A stretch of 64,000 nt of DNA, from NCBI GenBank assembly GCA_013239625.1, contig MU053873.1:324524-388523 (forward strand). The letters are read 5' to 3'. The notes below the pieces were generated by a model. It was not told where the DNA came from, did not search any database, and saw nothing but the letters and a program-made list of their open reading frames with translations. The position numbers were made by a program, and so were the translations under genes. Shown here piece after piece: positions 49,397 to 62,454 of the stretch. This DNA comes from Lama guanicoe. Lineage: Eukaryota. The stretch's first letter is position 1. Each line of letters starts with the position of its first letter.

Positions 49397-50807
49397 CACC
49401 TCATCCCCGAAGTCCCCATTGAAGCGTAGGGAGCTGGTCAGGTACTGGCTCTCCAGGCGACTCCTCAGCTCCTGGACTTGCTTCTTCAAGGTCTCCACTT
49501 CCTGCTGGTGGCCTGACTCAATCTGACGCAGGCGCTGCTGGATAGTGTCCGTGTACACAGGCATGCCATCGTCATCTAGGTGGCTACGGGAAGGCTGCTC
49601 AGGGCTGCCGGTTGCAGATGGCCTCCCTGAGTGACTGTGCAGCCACTTGTGGTGCAAGTTCCTCGAGTGTAAGTGGGCAGAGCTGCAGCTTGTGGCAGAC
49701 AGCTGGCGGCTCAGAGAGTCCTTGCTCCTACCAGCCTCCCCATTGGCGCAGTGCCCATTGGGGGTGTGGTGCTTCTGGAGGGTACTAAGCCCTGGGGGCT
49801 GCTCTGAGGCCTTATTTTCAGTCTCTGGGGCACCATTGCACACAAGCCCCTCTTTACATTCGGCTAAAGGCAAGGCACAAGGAGAATGCGTCGGGCTGTG
49901 GGTGCTGCCAAGGGAAGTCCTATGCACCAGAGATCCCACTTGGGGCCTCTCAGCCAAGCTCCTCGCCAAAGGCCTGGGCTCCATGGCTTGAAGGAGCACA
50001 TCCTTGCCACTGAACCTGCCACTGGTTACCAGGCAAGGTCTATGATGGTCTTGGGGCCCACTTTCTGACTTTGCTTTATCTTCCATTAACATGTCCATGG
50101 AACTGTCCGTGTTTGGTCCTCTGGCCTCAAATGGGACTTGGGAGGGCAGCAGAGAACTTGACTGTGAGGTACCATAGCCAACTTTCGCATCTACTGGGAT
50201 TGGAAGGACAGCTTCCTCCCTGTCCTCTGCGATAGCTCCTATTCGAGACTGTTCCACAGGGATGTCCTGGGCATCCTCTCCCTTGGGGAGCTCCTGGAGA
50301 CAACTGGGGACTACGTTGTGCCCACCCTGCTGCTCAGGAATACCCTGTGAGAACAGAAGAAGGCTGGTGCCCAGATCACTCCTCAGAGCAGCACCCCCCA
50401 GTTCTGGTTCCTGATGAAGTATGACAGCTGGGCCCTCAGGGGTCTTCCCCCTGCTCTCCTTTTCTAGATGAGCCTCCTCCTCTTTGACCTCCTGCACCGC
50501 CCTCTGGGTAGGCTCCTCTACCCCACTCTCCTCTTTGGTGGCCTCTTGCAAAATGTTCTCCATCTGCCCCTCAGCCACTCCAGCTGCAACAGACAGCTCA
50601 GCGCCACCCAGCACTTTGGTCGGCTTCCCCAGGGTGTCAGGATCAAGAGGCTCCTCTCCAGGACCGGCCAGGGTGCTCAGTTCCAGCGAGCGCCGATGCT
50701 CCTGCCACTTCTCATTCAGGCTTGGGTCACTGCTGCGCCGGCTGGCTAGAGGCACCGTGTTGTCGCAGGCTGTGGTCAGATTGTCAAATGATCTAGTCTT
50801 TGGTAGC
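49397..50807 (-). CDS. MTMR3: MTMR3 long exon (1411 bp), LPKTRSFDNLTTAC...QQRLRQIESGHQQEVETLKKQV...DFGDEV (disordered region and coiled coil)
   Basis: Core of the 513-aa ORF, trimmed to ctttag|G CTA CCA and GAG GTG|gtgagt; length 1+3x470 fits the phase. Confidence 0.96.
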
Positions 50808-51463
50808 CTAAAGAAAGGAGTTTGGGGGAAATGAGAATCTAGGAAAGTAGCAGTCAACAGGTTTCACCAGGCAGTCATTTCATAATTGATTCCTCTGGCA
50901 CCACCCCTACCCCATGCCCAAAACGTACGAATTAGCTAACAGCAAATGCTGTTTTAAAAAAACATCCTTCGTGATACTGCCATCTTTCTCAACTGGTGGC
51001 AAAGAAGGGTAGAACTGCTGATTTTCTGATATTACAGTATTTTACATTAACTTATTATCAGTCTGAATTCAATAAAGCTAATTCATAAGTTGCAAAGTCA
51101 AAGCTTCTATCATCTATCATCTGACACATCTGCCTTTCAAACCCAAGATGACAGATCATGGCAGGGAGGCAGGAGCAGAGCAGTGGCTAAAACTAAAGTC
51201 AGAGGGTCACAAGGAACCCAGAGGATTTGCTCCATCACTGAGAAACTGCTCAGTGCATGCAGCAGGCCATGCAGCAATGGGCCCAATACTCTTCAGGGAA
51301 CAAGGCTCTTACAGCCTCAAAGCCCAGAACCCTTTTACTTTCCCTATGAAAACTTCAGAGGCCCAAGAAAGACATGTGGAACCAGACAAGGTCATGATCT
51401 CTGACCGTCCCTGGGAAAACACCCACACAGGACCTGAGGTCTTGGTATCAACCCTGGGCTCAC

Positions 51464-51609
51464 CGACTCAGGGGCGGATCATCAGGGCTGGTGCCAGGGG
51501 CTGGGTATGGTGCACAGCTGTCGTCCGCTGGGGTGGACGGGGATGGGCAGGGCAGGTACACTGCACTCCACAGCATCAGGTTACGCACGTGGCACACGGG
51601 GTACAGTAC
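51464..51609 (-). CDS. MTMR3: MTMR3 exon (146 bp), VLYPVCHVRNLMLWSAVYLPCPSPSTPADDSCAPYPAPGTSPDDPPLS(R)
   Basis: ctcag|GTA CTG TAC ... AGT CG|gtgag; end of the myotubularin phosphatase domain. Confidence 0.95.
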
Positions 51610-52814
51610 CTGAGGAGAGAGCCGGGACATGGGTTTAAACGAGTTCCAGCAAGTCTGTTAGAAACATCTAGAAATGAGGGTGAAGAATGAGCACCAAGCT
51701 GGAACACCCAACATGTCTTGCATGCTCTCTAAGGGCATTAGCGTGAGTGGATGCAGCTCTGTCCCCCAGCAGGACCTGTACACAGCTAGTCTGCTGTTGT
51801 TGTTTTGGGGCAACACTTTTCACCTGAGAGCCTCAGTAGGCAGGAAAATCTAAAAAAAATTTTTAATCCTTTTCTCATTAGTTATTTCTTAGGTCACCTT
51901 CATTGAGGAACTAGCTTTTCTCAGCCTAATTTACTGCTTTTACTGCACAAGATAGTGAGTCATTCTGCTAGATGGTGACTGTTCCCTGGTACAAAAGCTT
52001 GGCTTCAGAATTCACTATCAAACCTATTTTATAGGATCATCTAAATTAATCATGTGGAAAAGGGGGAATTTTCTTCTATATTGTTCCTTCCCCAGCAGCA
52101 CAGGAGAAAGAAGCAGCTAGTTTCAGTCTTTCCTTGGACTACTTAACTGTAGTAAGACATTTATTATTAGTCCAGCAAAGCAATTTAACCTCTGATTAGC
52201 CTCCCTGTGACTTTAGAATTTAAGATGCATTCTGACAAAAGGAACATTACCGTGTACCAACACAGATGTAAGTGCCTCCTTCTCTGCTTAACAGAAGGTG
52301 TTCCTTTGATTAAAGGGCCTGCCAGTTCTCCATGTGAGCAGAAAATCACAGACACACAGGCAAGTGTCACATAGTTTTCTGCTGAGATAGAAGCTACAGT
52401 GAGTATCACTGCCTGTGGACACCGGAAGGGTGCTGGGAGCCTGGTGGCAGCTCCTTCTGAGCTATCAGGAGCATCCACGGAACTTACGTGCCTCTTCCAC
52501 TTGTTAGACAGAACATGCTAGGAATAAGTTAAGGTCTGGCAAGAGATGCCAGAAATATTCATGTCTAGAGTGGCAAAGTAGAGATGTGCATTAAGTCAAA
52601 CTGCTCTGAACAAGGAGTAGTCAGAAGCAGGGCAGAGCATCACCAGAAAACAGGCCTTTCTCAGGAAAGAGTGGTTGGAAAAAAATGGAACCAACCTGTC
52701 CAGAGACAACTGAGACGCCTTCGAGAAACCAGTCACTACTCAAAAAGGCTCTCATATGTCCCTATCCCCAAATTCATTCTGCTGATCAGAGAGAAAAGGC
52801 TGAAGGATACATAC

Positions 52815-52985
52815 GGCTTCTGACTGAGATGAGTACAGTAGGTTCTTGAAAGCTTTGTTGCCTGCCCGCAGCAGCGACCACACAGAACACGTCCGTTCCT
52901 GAGTATGCTTTTCCCCTCTCTCCTTGGCATTGTTGCACAGGAATGTTCCAAAGAGGCAGGAATAGGTATGTTGCACCAGTTTCAC
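52815..52985 (-). CDS. MTMR3: MTMR3 exon (171 bp), VKLVQHTYSCLFGTFLCNNAKER...SSQSEA
   Basis: ctatag|GTG AAA ... GAA GCC|gtatgt; myotubularin YSCxFGTFLCN motif. Confidence 0.96.
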
Positions 52986-53282
52986 CTATAGGAGTCCAAA
53001 GAGGAAAAATCTAGCTAGGGGTATGCATTTTCTGGGGGAAGGTCAGCCCAGCTGGGCGACCTTCCCTAACATCCCTGATGTGCACTTCAGTCCACACTCA
53101 GGAAGGATGGGGGAACCAGTAAGCCACGCAATCACTGTCTCCTCACAACCACAACCACCGTCACTCCCAAGTCAAAAGAGCAAAGATGGGGACCTTGGCA
53201 CCCCCAATCCTCTTGGCCTTCCTGGTAAACAGTCTCTGAGGTCCTAAGTTAGCAGTCGCCCTCAAGAGCATCTGGGATGTGT

Positions 53283-53415
53283 GTGTGGAATCTGGGTCTG
53301 AACGGAGAACACGCATCTAGACCTGTCATTGAAACAGCATATAAACTGGGCACAGGAGAAGGCCAGTGTGGAATCTGGGTCTGAACGGAGAACACGCATC
53401 TAGACCTGTCATTGA
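53283..53415 (+). repeat. Perfect 50-bp direct repeat pair separated by 33 bp
   Basis: GTGTGGAATCTGGGTCTGAACGGAGAACACGCATCTAGACCTGTCATTGA at 53283-53332 and 53366-53415. Confidence 0.93.
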
Positions 53416-53699
53416 GCACATCGCTGCTGGGCATCTCACATACCCCAAACGGCTCCACAGGTGCTGGGTGGGCAACAGTAAGATGACAGCCCTCCTGCCC
53501 TGGAGGAGCTTGCTCTAGGTGTGGGGAGAGGTGGCCAGTGCCACGGACAACAATAAGGCAGGGGAACAGAGCCAGAGCACATGCAAGGTGGTGTGACGAG
53601 GCCTCATGGGCGAAGCCTGACGGAAGTGAGAGAACAGGTCACACAGGCACCTGGTGGAGGGGCTGCTCCACACAGAGGCAACCACCAGCACAATGGTCT

Positions 53700-55100
53700 T
53701 GCTGTGAGGTGAGCATGTGCTTGCGATTTGTGAGGAACTAAAGGAGGCCGCTGTGGCTGAAGGACACTGCATGAGGTGGACGATGGCAGAAAATGAGCCC
53801 AAACAGGTAAACTCTAGGAGAGCCCTGCAGGCCATTTTAAGGACTGTGACTTATTCTCTGTATGAAATGGAAAGTCACTGGAGATTTCTCGGCAGAGGAA
53901 TGACATGGTCTGTAGTATGTTTTAGAAGGATCCCTCAGGCTGCTGGATTGACTCCCTGGAATTGAAGCAGGGGAAGACAGTGGTTTGGACTGACCAGTGT
54001 GGGAATAGCAGAGGTAGCAACATGTAATCAGGTTTTGGATATATTCTGAAAGCAGAGCTACAGAATCTGCTAACAGAGTGAATGTGAAATATGAAAGGAA
54101 GGAGAGCTGAGGATGACATAAAAGTTTTTGCCCTAAATAAATCGAATGACTGAGCTGCCATTTGGTGAGATGGAAGACGTCTGGAAGATCAGGTTTGAGG
54201 GGGAGGGATGTGGAAATCAAGAACTAGGTTTTGAACAAGTTAAGACAAATACCATTAAGACATTCAAGGGGAGACACTGAGTAGTTACAAATGGATATGA
54301 GAGTCTGGGGTTGAGTGGAGAGGTCTGAGCTGAAGCTGTATACAGATAACAGTCAACGGACTAGATGAAACCCTAGAGAAGGAGGGTAGATAGAGGAGCA
54401 GCCTGCAGGCTGAGCTCTAGGGAGGAACATTCAGAACTGGGGAGGTAAGGAGGGAGCAGCCAAGGAGACAGAAAAAGACTAACTGGTGAGGTAGAGGGGA
54501 ACTAAGAGTACGTGCTGGAAGTCAACTGAAGAAAGTGTTTCAAGAAAAGAATGATTAAATCGTGCCAAATATTAATGATGGATCAAAGAAGTGAAAACAG
54601 TCAAAAGGTACAAACTTCTAGTTATAAAATACGTAAGTCAGGGGGATTCAATGCATAGCATGGTGACTACAGGTTAGTAATACTGTACTGTATCTTATAA
54701 AGTTGCCAAGAGAGTACGTCTTAAAAGTTCTCATCACAAGAAAAAAACTTTGTAACTATGTATGGTAACAGATGTTAACTAGGTTTTGTGGTTATCTTTT
54801 AGCAATTGAGACAAACCTTGTGTATAAATCACATTGTGATTTATATTTATATCAATGTGTTGTATGCCTGAAATAAAATGTTATATATCAATTATACTGC
54901 AATTTTAAAAATAGATGATTGAGAACTGATTGGTGGATTAACAACATGAAAGTCACTGGTGACCTTAACTAGAGCAGCTCTGGTAAAGTGGTGGGTTAAA
55001 AGAGAATGGGAGGGAAGAATTTGAGACAGTAAATGGAGAAGACTTGAAGAGCTCTGCTGTGAAGAAATGAGATGCAAGAAATGAGTTAATACCTGGAGGG
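53700..55100. mobile_element. L2 LINE in an MTMR3 intron, interrupted by an L1MA-type 3' end (about 54590-54910)
   Basis: Purine-rich L2 phrases (ggttttggatatattctgaa, gtcactggtgacctt); insert 'aaaggtacaaacttctagttataa...ttaaaagttctcatcacaagaaaaaa'. Confidence 0.75.
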
Positions 55101-55678
55101 GGATGCAGGACCCAGAAAGGGCTTTGATGAAACAGGAGGCACTACACCACGCTTGTATGCCGATGGCAGTTATCTGGTAAAGAAGGAAACTCACTAATAC
55201 AGAAAGCAGGGAAGAGAAATGCTGGAGCCATGAAGCTGAGCAGAGGAGAAGGGGGTAGAAGCTGGTGCACAAGTGGAGGCCCTCGATGGGCTGGAAGAGG
55301 GAAGGATAGTGCATCCTCCTTTAAAGGAGAGGGAGCGGAGAGCATGAAACAAACACAGAGTTTGGTAGATGGACTGGAGGAAGCAGATGACAGTGTATTG
55401 TTTCTATTTCTAACCACTATTTTGTGCTTCTATCATCCATTTTAAAAGTTAAAGTTTAAAATAGCTCTTAGACTTTATGCAAACTTAGTATACCTGGATT
55501 CACTAAATACCTGTTTATTGCTCTTGTTTTTTTGATTTAAAAAAATGGAAACTTGCCCCCTCAATTAAATTCCAGAAAGAATGTAGTTTGATGTGAAAAC
55601 TGGCCCACTAACATTTGCACTGATACCCCTATGAATTTAGAAGGTCCCCAAAACAAAGAATCACAAGACCAAACTCAC

Positions 55679-55864
55679 AAGGAATGCTTCATTGAACTCA
55701 AAAGAGCAAGGAAATTGCCTCTGAAGCTGATGAACACAGTCAAGCCACTGCAGAAACACTGGGCAACGCTCGTTCAGATCATCCGAGTTCTCCCCATGAC
55801 CACATCGGTCAGCAAACTTGTGGCCAAAATCCAGCCACTCCATCTCCACGAGGACCTGGAAACC
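55679..55864 (-). CDS. MTMR3: MTMR3 exon (186 bp), GFQVLVEMEWLDFGHKFADRCGH...PVFLQWLDCVHQLQRQFPCSFEFNEAFL
   Basis: ctgcag|GGT TTC ... TTC CTT|gtgagt; myotubularin SID-region motifs. Confidence 0.97.
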
Positions 55865-56613
55865 CTGCAGGGAAGCACCCAGGAGAGATGGTTTGTGTTG
55901 GTCTACCCAAACTATAACTGTCCTAAACCTGATGTCACCACAGTGATCCCTTTTAACAGCCTTCCACTAAGCCCATCAGAAGCCCCTAACCCAGCCGCAT
56001 GGCCAAAGGCTCCACCCATGATGGGAGACGTGCTTAGGGGAATTTCCCAATGCCCTCAACTCCATTCCATAATCAAAAATCTAAGCATCTATTTACCTGA
56101 GCCTCTGTTGAGACTATTTATATCTTTAGCCTTTCATTGACTATAAAAAGTCACAATTTTTCCTCGTTTCTTTTTTATTTTTTAATTTCTGTCTTTAGTG
56201 TTAGACTTTAAGTCATGTTTGTAAAATCTTTCCCCAATCCAGATTTACATCTGTTTTAGGGTACCTTATGGTTTTTCTTCTATCTTTAACCCAATAGGTG
56301 GTTATTTCAGAATAAGTGGTGATACTGAGACCAATTACCATAATAAGCATATATATAATCAAGATCTTTCTGTAGAAGCCCCACTTTCCTGGGGGAGCCA
56401 AAACTTTTCCAAGTAGATAGACTGCAAAGGAAAACATGTTTGTATTCTCAGTACCTTCTTATCCACTCTTACCAATGTTAAGAGGCATTAAGAACTGTGG
56501 TAGGTACCACCACAATTGGACCTAACCACCTCAACCCAAACTGATCCTAAAACCCTCCAAGGCTTCCTCCACTCCTCCTAAAGTACCAAATCCAACTCTT
56601 TGGATTCACCTAC

Positions 56614-56809
56614 CTCTATAGTTCGGTAATAAGGGTCCAGCAAGAGCTTAGCCAATGCCACAATCTGGGGGGTGCGGTCCCAGCCATCTGAACAGTGCAC
56701 TAGCACCGGTCGCTGATCACGATCCACAGCATGCACGACCAAAAGTGCCGACTTCAAAAGCACAGAGAGGTGATGGAGCCATTTTGTGCTTTCGAGAGCT
56801 GAGAGCCAA
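56614..56809 (-). CDS. MTMR3: MTMR3 catalytic exon (196 bp), WLSALESTKWL...VHCSDGWDRTPQIVALAKLLLDPYYRTIE
   Basis: tttgtag|T TGG CTC ... ATA GAG|gtaggt; intact CX5R motif (CSDGWDR) of active myotubularins. Confidence 0.97.
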
Positions 56810-59696
56810 CTACAAAAATAAAACAGAAGGGGATAAGGAAATGCTGGTTTTTATAATATACTGGGTCGTTCCCTAAGACTTTGCCCTCCAAATAAAACAC
56901 TGCCAAAACAGAAAATCTGTCTTTATAAAGCAAGTACAAGGATGAGACCCAAGCCCTACTATGCAAGAGGAGAGCCTTAGAGATAGGACATTAATGGGGC
57001 TTTTTGTTCCAAAAATTTTATAGCTAATTTCCCAGAAAAAATTAATATTTAATATTTTTCAGTCCACAATAGGTGTATCTACCCAGTTTAAGAAAAGTAG
57101 TTCTTTCTGGAATCTTCTGAAAAAAATGCAGCCATTTCTGAGATGGAAAAAGAAGGTATTTATATTTAATGATCAGCAACTCTGACCAACAATTTCTCAA
57201 AAAAAAAAAAAAAAAGGTAAAGAAAACTCAAAATACATCTTTAACAAGATAAAAGCTGGATGCCAGAACCAAAAACAGTGCAAGCTACATCACCTACGAC
57301 CCACACCCCAACAACTACCTCTCCTCAAGTCTTGAATGTCTATGGATTAAAACTAGATGGGCCCAAACTAATGATTTAGACTCACACAAATTAGTACACC
57401 AATGGCTACACAGTATTACTGGGCTTAATGAAGACTGGATTCAGCAGGGATCTAGAAGAACCTTTTTCAAAAGGCCTTTGGGAAGTATTAGACAGAGCCC
57501 AAGAACTGCCCCTGGGAGTCATCCACAATTTGATCACAGCTAGTCGTTTTAACTGTGCTGACATTTTGTTTCTTGTGCCCTGTCACGAATTCTACTCCCC
57601 ATTCCCACGAAAAGCTCCAATTTCTCCAAAATGCAATCAGATTTGTAGTTAAGACCGTCTAGCCCTTGAAACACCGAGTTAGAGAAGGGAATAAATACTT
57701 CTGTCAGGGAACTCCTGAGAAGGCTTTTGCTAAGACTAGGCTATAAAGGCCTATTAAACCTCAGGGAATGAGCATGAATTTTTGGAATAGTCCAAAGAGG
57801 GGGTCTTTCCAGGCAAACAGATAACAGAATGTAGTACATAAGCATGGGCTTCACATGGATTACCTTGTTCTACCAACCAGACTCATTCCTCAGAGGGTAC
57901 AGTGCCTAACCTAAACTGAAGGTTCCTACTGTTTAAATCATGGATAAAATTCTATAGCAAGACTTTCTATTTCCTACTAGATACCTCAGAAAATTTTTTT
58001 GCTGGTGGATCAATTGTTTACTCACTCCTCACGCAGTCTTTGAAAACACTGAAAGATAAGGCTTAGTAGAACAAGTACTAAATTATCTCCTGGCCCCCGG
58101 AGAAACAGTAAATGAGAACCTGTGTAAATAAGGTCCTCTTCAGCCTGACTGAACCATGCTTACATACCAGTCGTTGTCCATGCTGAACACAGAAGATGCA
58201 CTCCAAAATCTGCCAGTGGAGATCTGCTGAGACTCCACACTGTTTTGTCCTATTCTCAAAAGCTAGGGTAGAAGTTTACCAACCCCAGCCCTCCACAGTC
58301 GCAAACAAGTGTCCGGAGGCTTGCTTATAGCTTGGTCCCGGCCCTGCCATAGTTTCTCTGTATCCACAAGGGAAGCTTCAGTAATGCATTATGATTTGCT
58401 GCCAAATACAGACAAAGTATTTCCGTCTTCCTTTACAACCTCCCTCTCCTCCCCAACACTCTTTTGGACCAGGCAAAAGCTAATTACATCTTTTTAACTT
58501 AGAGTTTAAAGAACAGCTTTTTAAGAAAGCATTTTAATTTATGGAAGGTATTACAGATCAGGTAGTGTTGACTCTATTCCTTTTATTTTACAGACAGGAA
58601 AAAGAGATATCGACAGGAATTAAGCCAGCTGGCCAAAGTCACACAATTAGTGGCAGATCTCCTGAATCCTCAGCCAGGATCTTCCTATGGCCTACCTTTA
58701 GGAAAGAGAATGCTACAATCTGGGTTCTGAAAATGTGCAGCAGATGCAAGCTGATAATACCCAAAGCAGGGCAGCAAGCTCATTTCTTCCATCAGGCTTT
58801 TCCCCAAGGACAACTGCTTTATCCTCTGGGCTAATTGCAACTATGATGAATTTAATCGTTTGCTACCAGGAGATAGTACAAGAGGTTCAGGCAGCCATTT
58901 GATTTAATAAATCACATAAAGAATGCTGAGAATTGATGCAATCATGAAATCTACTGAACCAGAACCCAGGGAAGCAGCTATGGGCTCCAGCACAAACACC
59001 AGAGAAGAGAAAATTCTATCTTTTCTGGCACCATTTCTGGCTTCCTGAAATACTATAACAGGGGCTTTTAAATATTTATCTGTCCATATTTGTTTTATAG
59101 AGCATTCCTCCTAATTTACCATGTATTCAAACAGTTCCCTTGAGGGAAGAGGTGTTATTCCATCTTCCTCCCAGCAAATGCCAGCCATTCATCTTTAATA
59201 AGCAATAAAAATTACAGCAATGTTTTTACTAAGAGGGTAGTTTAGAAATCAGAAGTAAATGTAAAAGGAACTGACCTAATGGCAAGTTTAAAGAAAATTT
59301 AACCCTTTTCAGAACATGATGAATAAAATTTCACTCTTCTTGGTAAAACATTCCATTTCACAGCAGGTTAAGTGTCACTACAGGATGTCAGAAACCAAAG
59401 AATTAAATTACTCTGGGTCAAAAATATGTAGAGGAAAAGAAAGAAATCCCAGGAAAAATAAGAAGGCAATGCTTTGGTTCTGAGGGCTGAGGTTATCCTT
59501 TGCTGCACATCTTTAAACCTTTCAAAGAGCTCCTCCCAGCTCCTCCTCTGTCCTGCAAGCTCCTAACACAGCAAGGAGAATACCCCGAGTCTGAAAGTAA
59601 AATTGAAGTTTACCAATAAATAGCAGGAAAGACCCCTTCAAACTCATTTGAAAAAAAAACAGCAATGCAAAATTAAAGTCAAGGCCAAGGTCTTAC

Positions 59697-59808
59697 TTTC
59701 CCGGATCCGGCATCTGTGTGCATAGCAATCGCAGAGACTGAAAACTCCTCCGAATTGAATGAATATTTGCCATCCCCATAAACACAACTTCACAGTTTGG
59801 GTAATACT
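59697..59808 (-). CDS. MTMR3: MTMR3 exon (112 bp), (E)YYPNCEVVFMGMANIHSIRRSFQSLRLLCTQMPDPG(N)
   Basis: ctccag|AG TAT TAC ... GGA AA|gtaag; NIH motif. Confidence 0.95.
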
Positions 59809-60767
59809 CTGGAGAGAACAGCAATAAAGAGAATACAAATATGTTGAATTTAAAGCTCACATGGCCAAATCTAAAAGAAGCAAACTGGCTACTGCAGTTG
59901 CTAATGAAACTCCGATGTTTTGATGCCTATTAGCCCAGTCCTTCATTAATGAGAGGAAAACAGTGCTTGACTTTCAGCTGTCAAAAAGGAAGGTTAGATT
60001 TGTGAAGATACTGGCATAAATTAGAAGCTTTTATACAAGATCCATATACTTCCATCTCACCCCAGGTTTACTTCTTGGGCCTCTCCTAACTTGCATCTCT
60101 GGAATCTCTTTGAGAAGAACCTTGGAGAACAATGCCGCTTCATGCATTCAGATTTCTTGGTACAACTGCTTTTAATTCCCAGCTTAGAGCACATCTGGAT
60201 AAGGAGCTCAGTGCCTCTACCTGCTCCATCAGCGCACAACTGGCACCAAAGAGGTCCCTCCTTGGAGAAAGCCAGCGTTCAAACAGTAGGGGTGTTACAG
60301 GTCAGGACAGAGGCACTGTGCTAGAGTTTTGTGTTTAGTGCTTCAATTTCCACCCCAGGTTTTCTAAGTAGAAGCCATGTAAGGAGTTTTCTGTGAGGCC
60401 AGGGATGAGCACAGCCATTGTCAAAGGCAACAAAAAGCTTTTAGAAGGCTTAGAAAAGCGAGACGCTAAAGCAGCAGCTTCCAAACATGAACAGATTTTA
60501 TTATGGGAGAGGACTTAATTTCCTCATTACTTAAAGGTTGGCACAGGGAAAGAAGATTATTTCATTTCACTGGTTTCACTGCACCTCCTCTTCCATTTTT
60601 CTCTTGAGAAAAGCATAGTGTCCAGATTCCAAAGAGCTCTGGCTCTCTCAGGACAGGCTGAGGAGCATGGCTTCCCATTCATTTCAAATTGAGAACTTAG
60701 ACACCATTGGGCATGGGCTGGACTCACAAGGACAGAGGGTCAGGGGACAAAGCACTGTGCCCCTCAC

Positions 60768-60899
60768 CTGGGCATTCGCAGCCTCCTCCTTTGGCTCGGT
60801 TCGCTACAGCTGCTGCATAGGAGCGTGCATCCAGGATCAAAAGCTTCTGTGGCTGGATGGCTAAACTCTCTGCTCCTGAAGCATTGGACAGAGAAGAGT
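60768..60899 (-). CDS. MTMR3: MTMR3 exon (132 bp), (D)SSLSNASGAESLAIQPQKLLILDARSYAAAVANRAKGGGCECP
   Basis: ccctag|AC TCT ... CCA G|gtgag; DAR...ANxAKGGG motif. Confidence 0.95.
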
Positions 60900-61431
60900 C
60901 TAGGGACATGAGAAGGAGAAAGGAAAATTTTAATGAACCTGTCTCTCTCAGAACTGTTGCAAAATAAGAACCATAGGCACTTATTAAAGTCCCCCCAAAA
61001 CTCAATTAAGTGAAATCCATGTAACCAGAACTACTTTAATACATAAGACTTCTCCCTTTAGTTTGTCTTCTGTTTTGTCTACCACCTCCTATACCTCATT
61101 TCTATATTGCAGAACGTACAATGACTACAACATCATCCTGGTGTCTTCCCCCGTGGTCTGCAGACACTGCTGCAGGCTCCCTATCACATACATGCGTCAT
61201 CATTGTCATGATGGCAAGAAAGACGAACACTCTAGTCCTCTTCAACCAAGTCTGAAACATAGGGTTTTCTGGTTCTTTGCCAAGACCCATGACTCCTCAA
61301 ACAATCCCATCAATTGAAGTTTCACGCTCTTCTATGAAACAAATCTGGTATCTTCTAAGGAAAAGGCCATTTCAAGAGAAGATTCTCAGATGCTATAAAA
61401 CCTGTTGCCAGGGGTCCAGGGAGCACCTTAC

Positions 61432-61637
61432 CAAACTCCACATCAGAAAGGTCTCCCGCGTTGGCAAAGTCTCGAGGACTATTCCTAGCTGACAGCTTGT
61501 TGCCACTTGATCGGGAGTCAGAGGCACAAGCTTTGGCTATTGACTGCACCAGGTGCTCATCATCAGCATTTCGCCAGCCCCACCAGCTGACCTCCGGCTG
61601 TCCACAGCGGGCAATGACAGCTCCATTGCTCTGGTGC
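61432..61637 (-). CDS. MTMR3: MTMR3 exon (206 bp), HQSNGAVIARCGQPEVSWWGWRNADDEHLVQSIAKAC...DLSDVEF; upstream exons lie beyond the right edge
   Basis: gcacag|G CAC CAG ... TTT G|gtaag. Confidence 0.95.
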
Positions 61638-62454
61638 CTGTGCAGGGAACAAGGCAACAACTGTACCGATCTCAGTGACCCCATTCAGATGCTCTGTGCT
61701 CATACAAAACGTGAGATAGTAGATTTTAAAGGCATTAATAAACAGCTTGACTAAAGGTTAGCTTCATGTCCTCTCAGGACAGAAATCTCACATAGCAACA
61801 AAAATAAATAACCAAACCCATCCGGACCTTTCTTGATTATCATACAATTTTAGAGACCTTTGGAGAATAACCAACAAAATGATAAATGTGTATTCTTAGA
61901 GAAAACAAATTAGTATCCGTCAAGAAAATATTTGAATCTTTAGATTTATTTTTGGAGAATCGGGTAAAAAATAAGTTACAAATACCACACTAACTCTTCA
62001 ACTTAATAATGAAGCATTAATCTCTCCTCTTTAATACCACACCTAAATATCCTAACATAATAGGTGCTAAAACAGAAACATTTGTTTCCTCACTGACTTA
62101 TGAGGGCCCACTGTAACAACTGTGCCCTTATGGCTGGCTTGAGGATTCTTTTCAAAACAAAATCTCACCTTTGAGACTAAAATACCACAGTAGACTGCTT
62201 TACAAAATCTGGGACTTCACGAGTCACAACTGCTCTTACTATAGGCACAGACAGCTCAATGAACCAGCTACCCTTCCTTTAGCTCTCAGAAGGATATGAA
62301 CAGCATAAACCTCAGTGAGCTACTCTGATAGATCCCTTTCTAAGAAATAAGACCAGAAATCATACTGATAGTCTACCTTAAGATGCTATTAATACCCAGG
62401 CTTTTAATTAGGAATTTTAGTTAGGCATTTATTACAATTAAAAATTATAAAGGT

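Noticed and set aside
49316..50857. 513-aa ORF as a standalone gene
   Set aside because: It is the MTMR3 long exon plus intronic read-through on both sides; splice sites bound it at 50807 and 49397.
53283..53415. Repeat-spacer-repeat resembling a CRISPR unit
   Set aside because: Only two repeats, in a mammalian intron, with no cas genes.
51148..56140. Plus-strand ORFs of 180 aa (51148) and 169 aa (55631)
   Set aside because: Antisense shadows overlapping MTMR3 exons with no homology I recognise.
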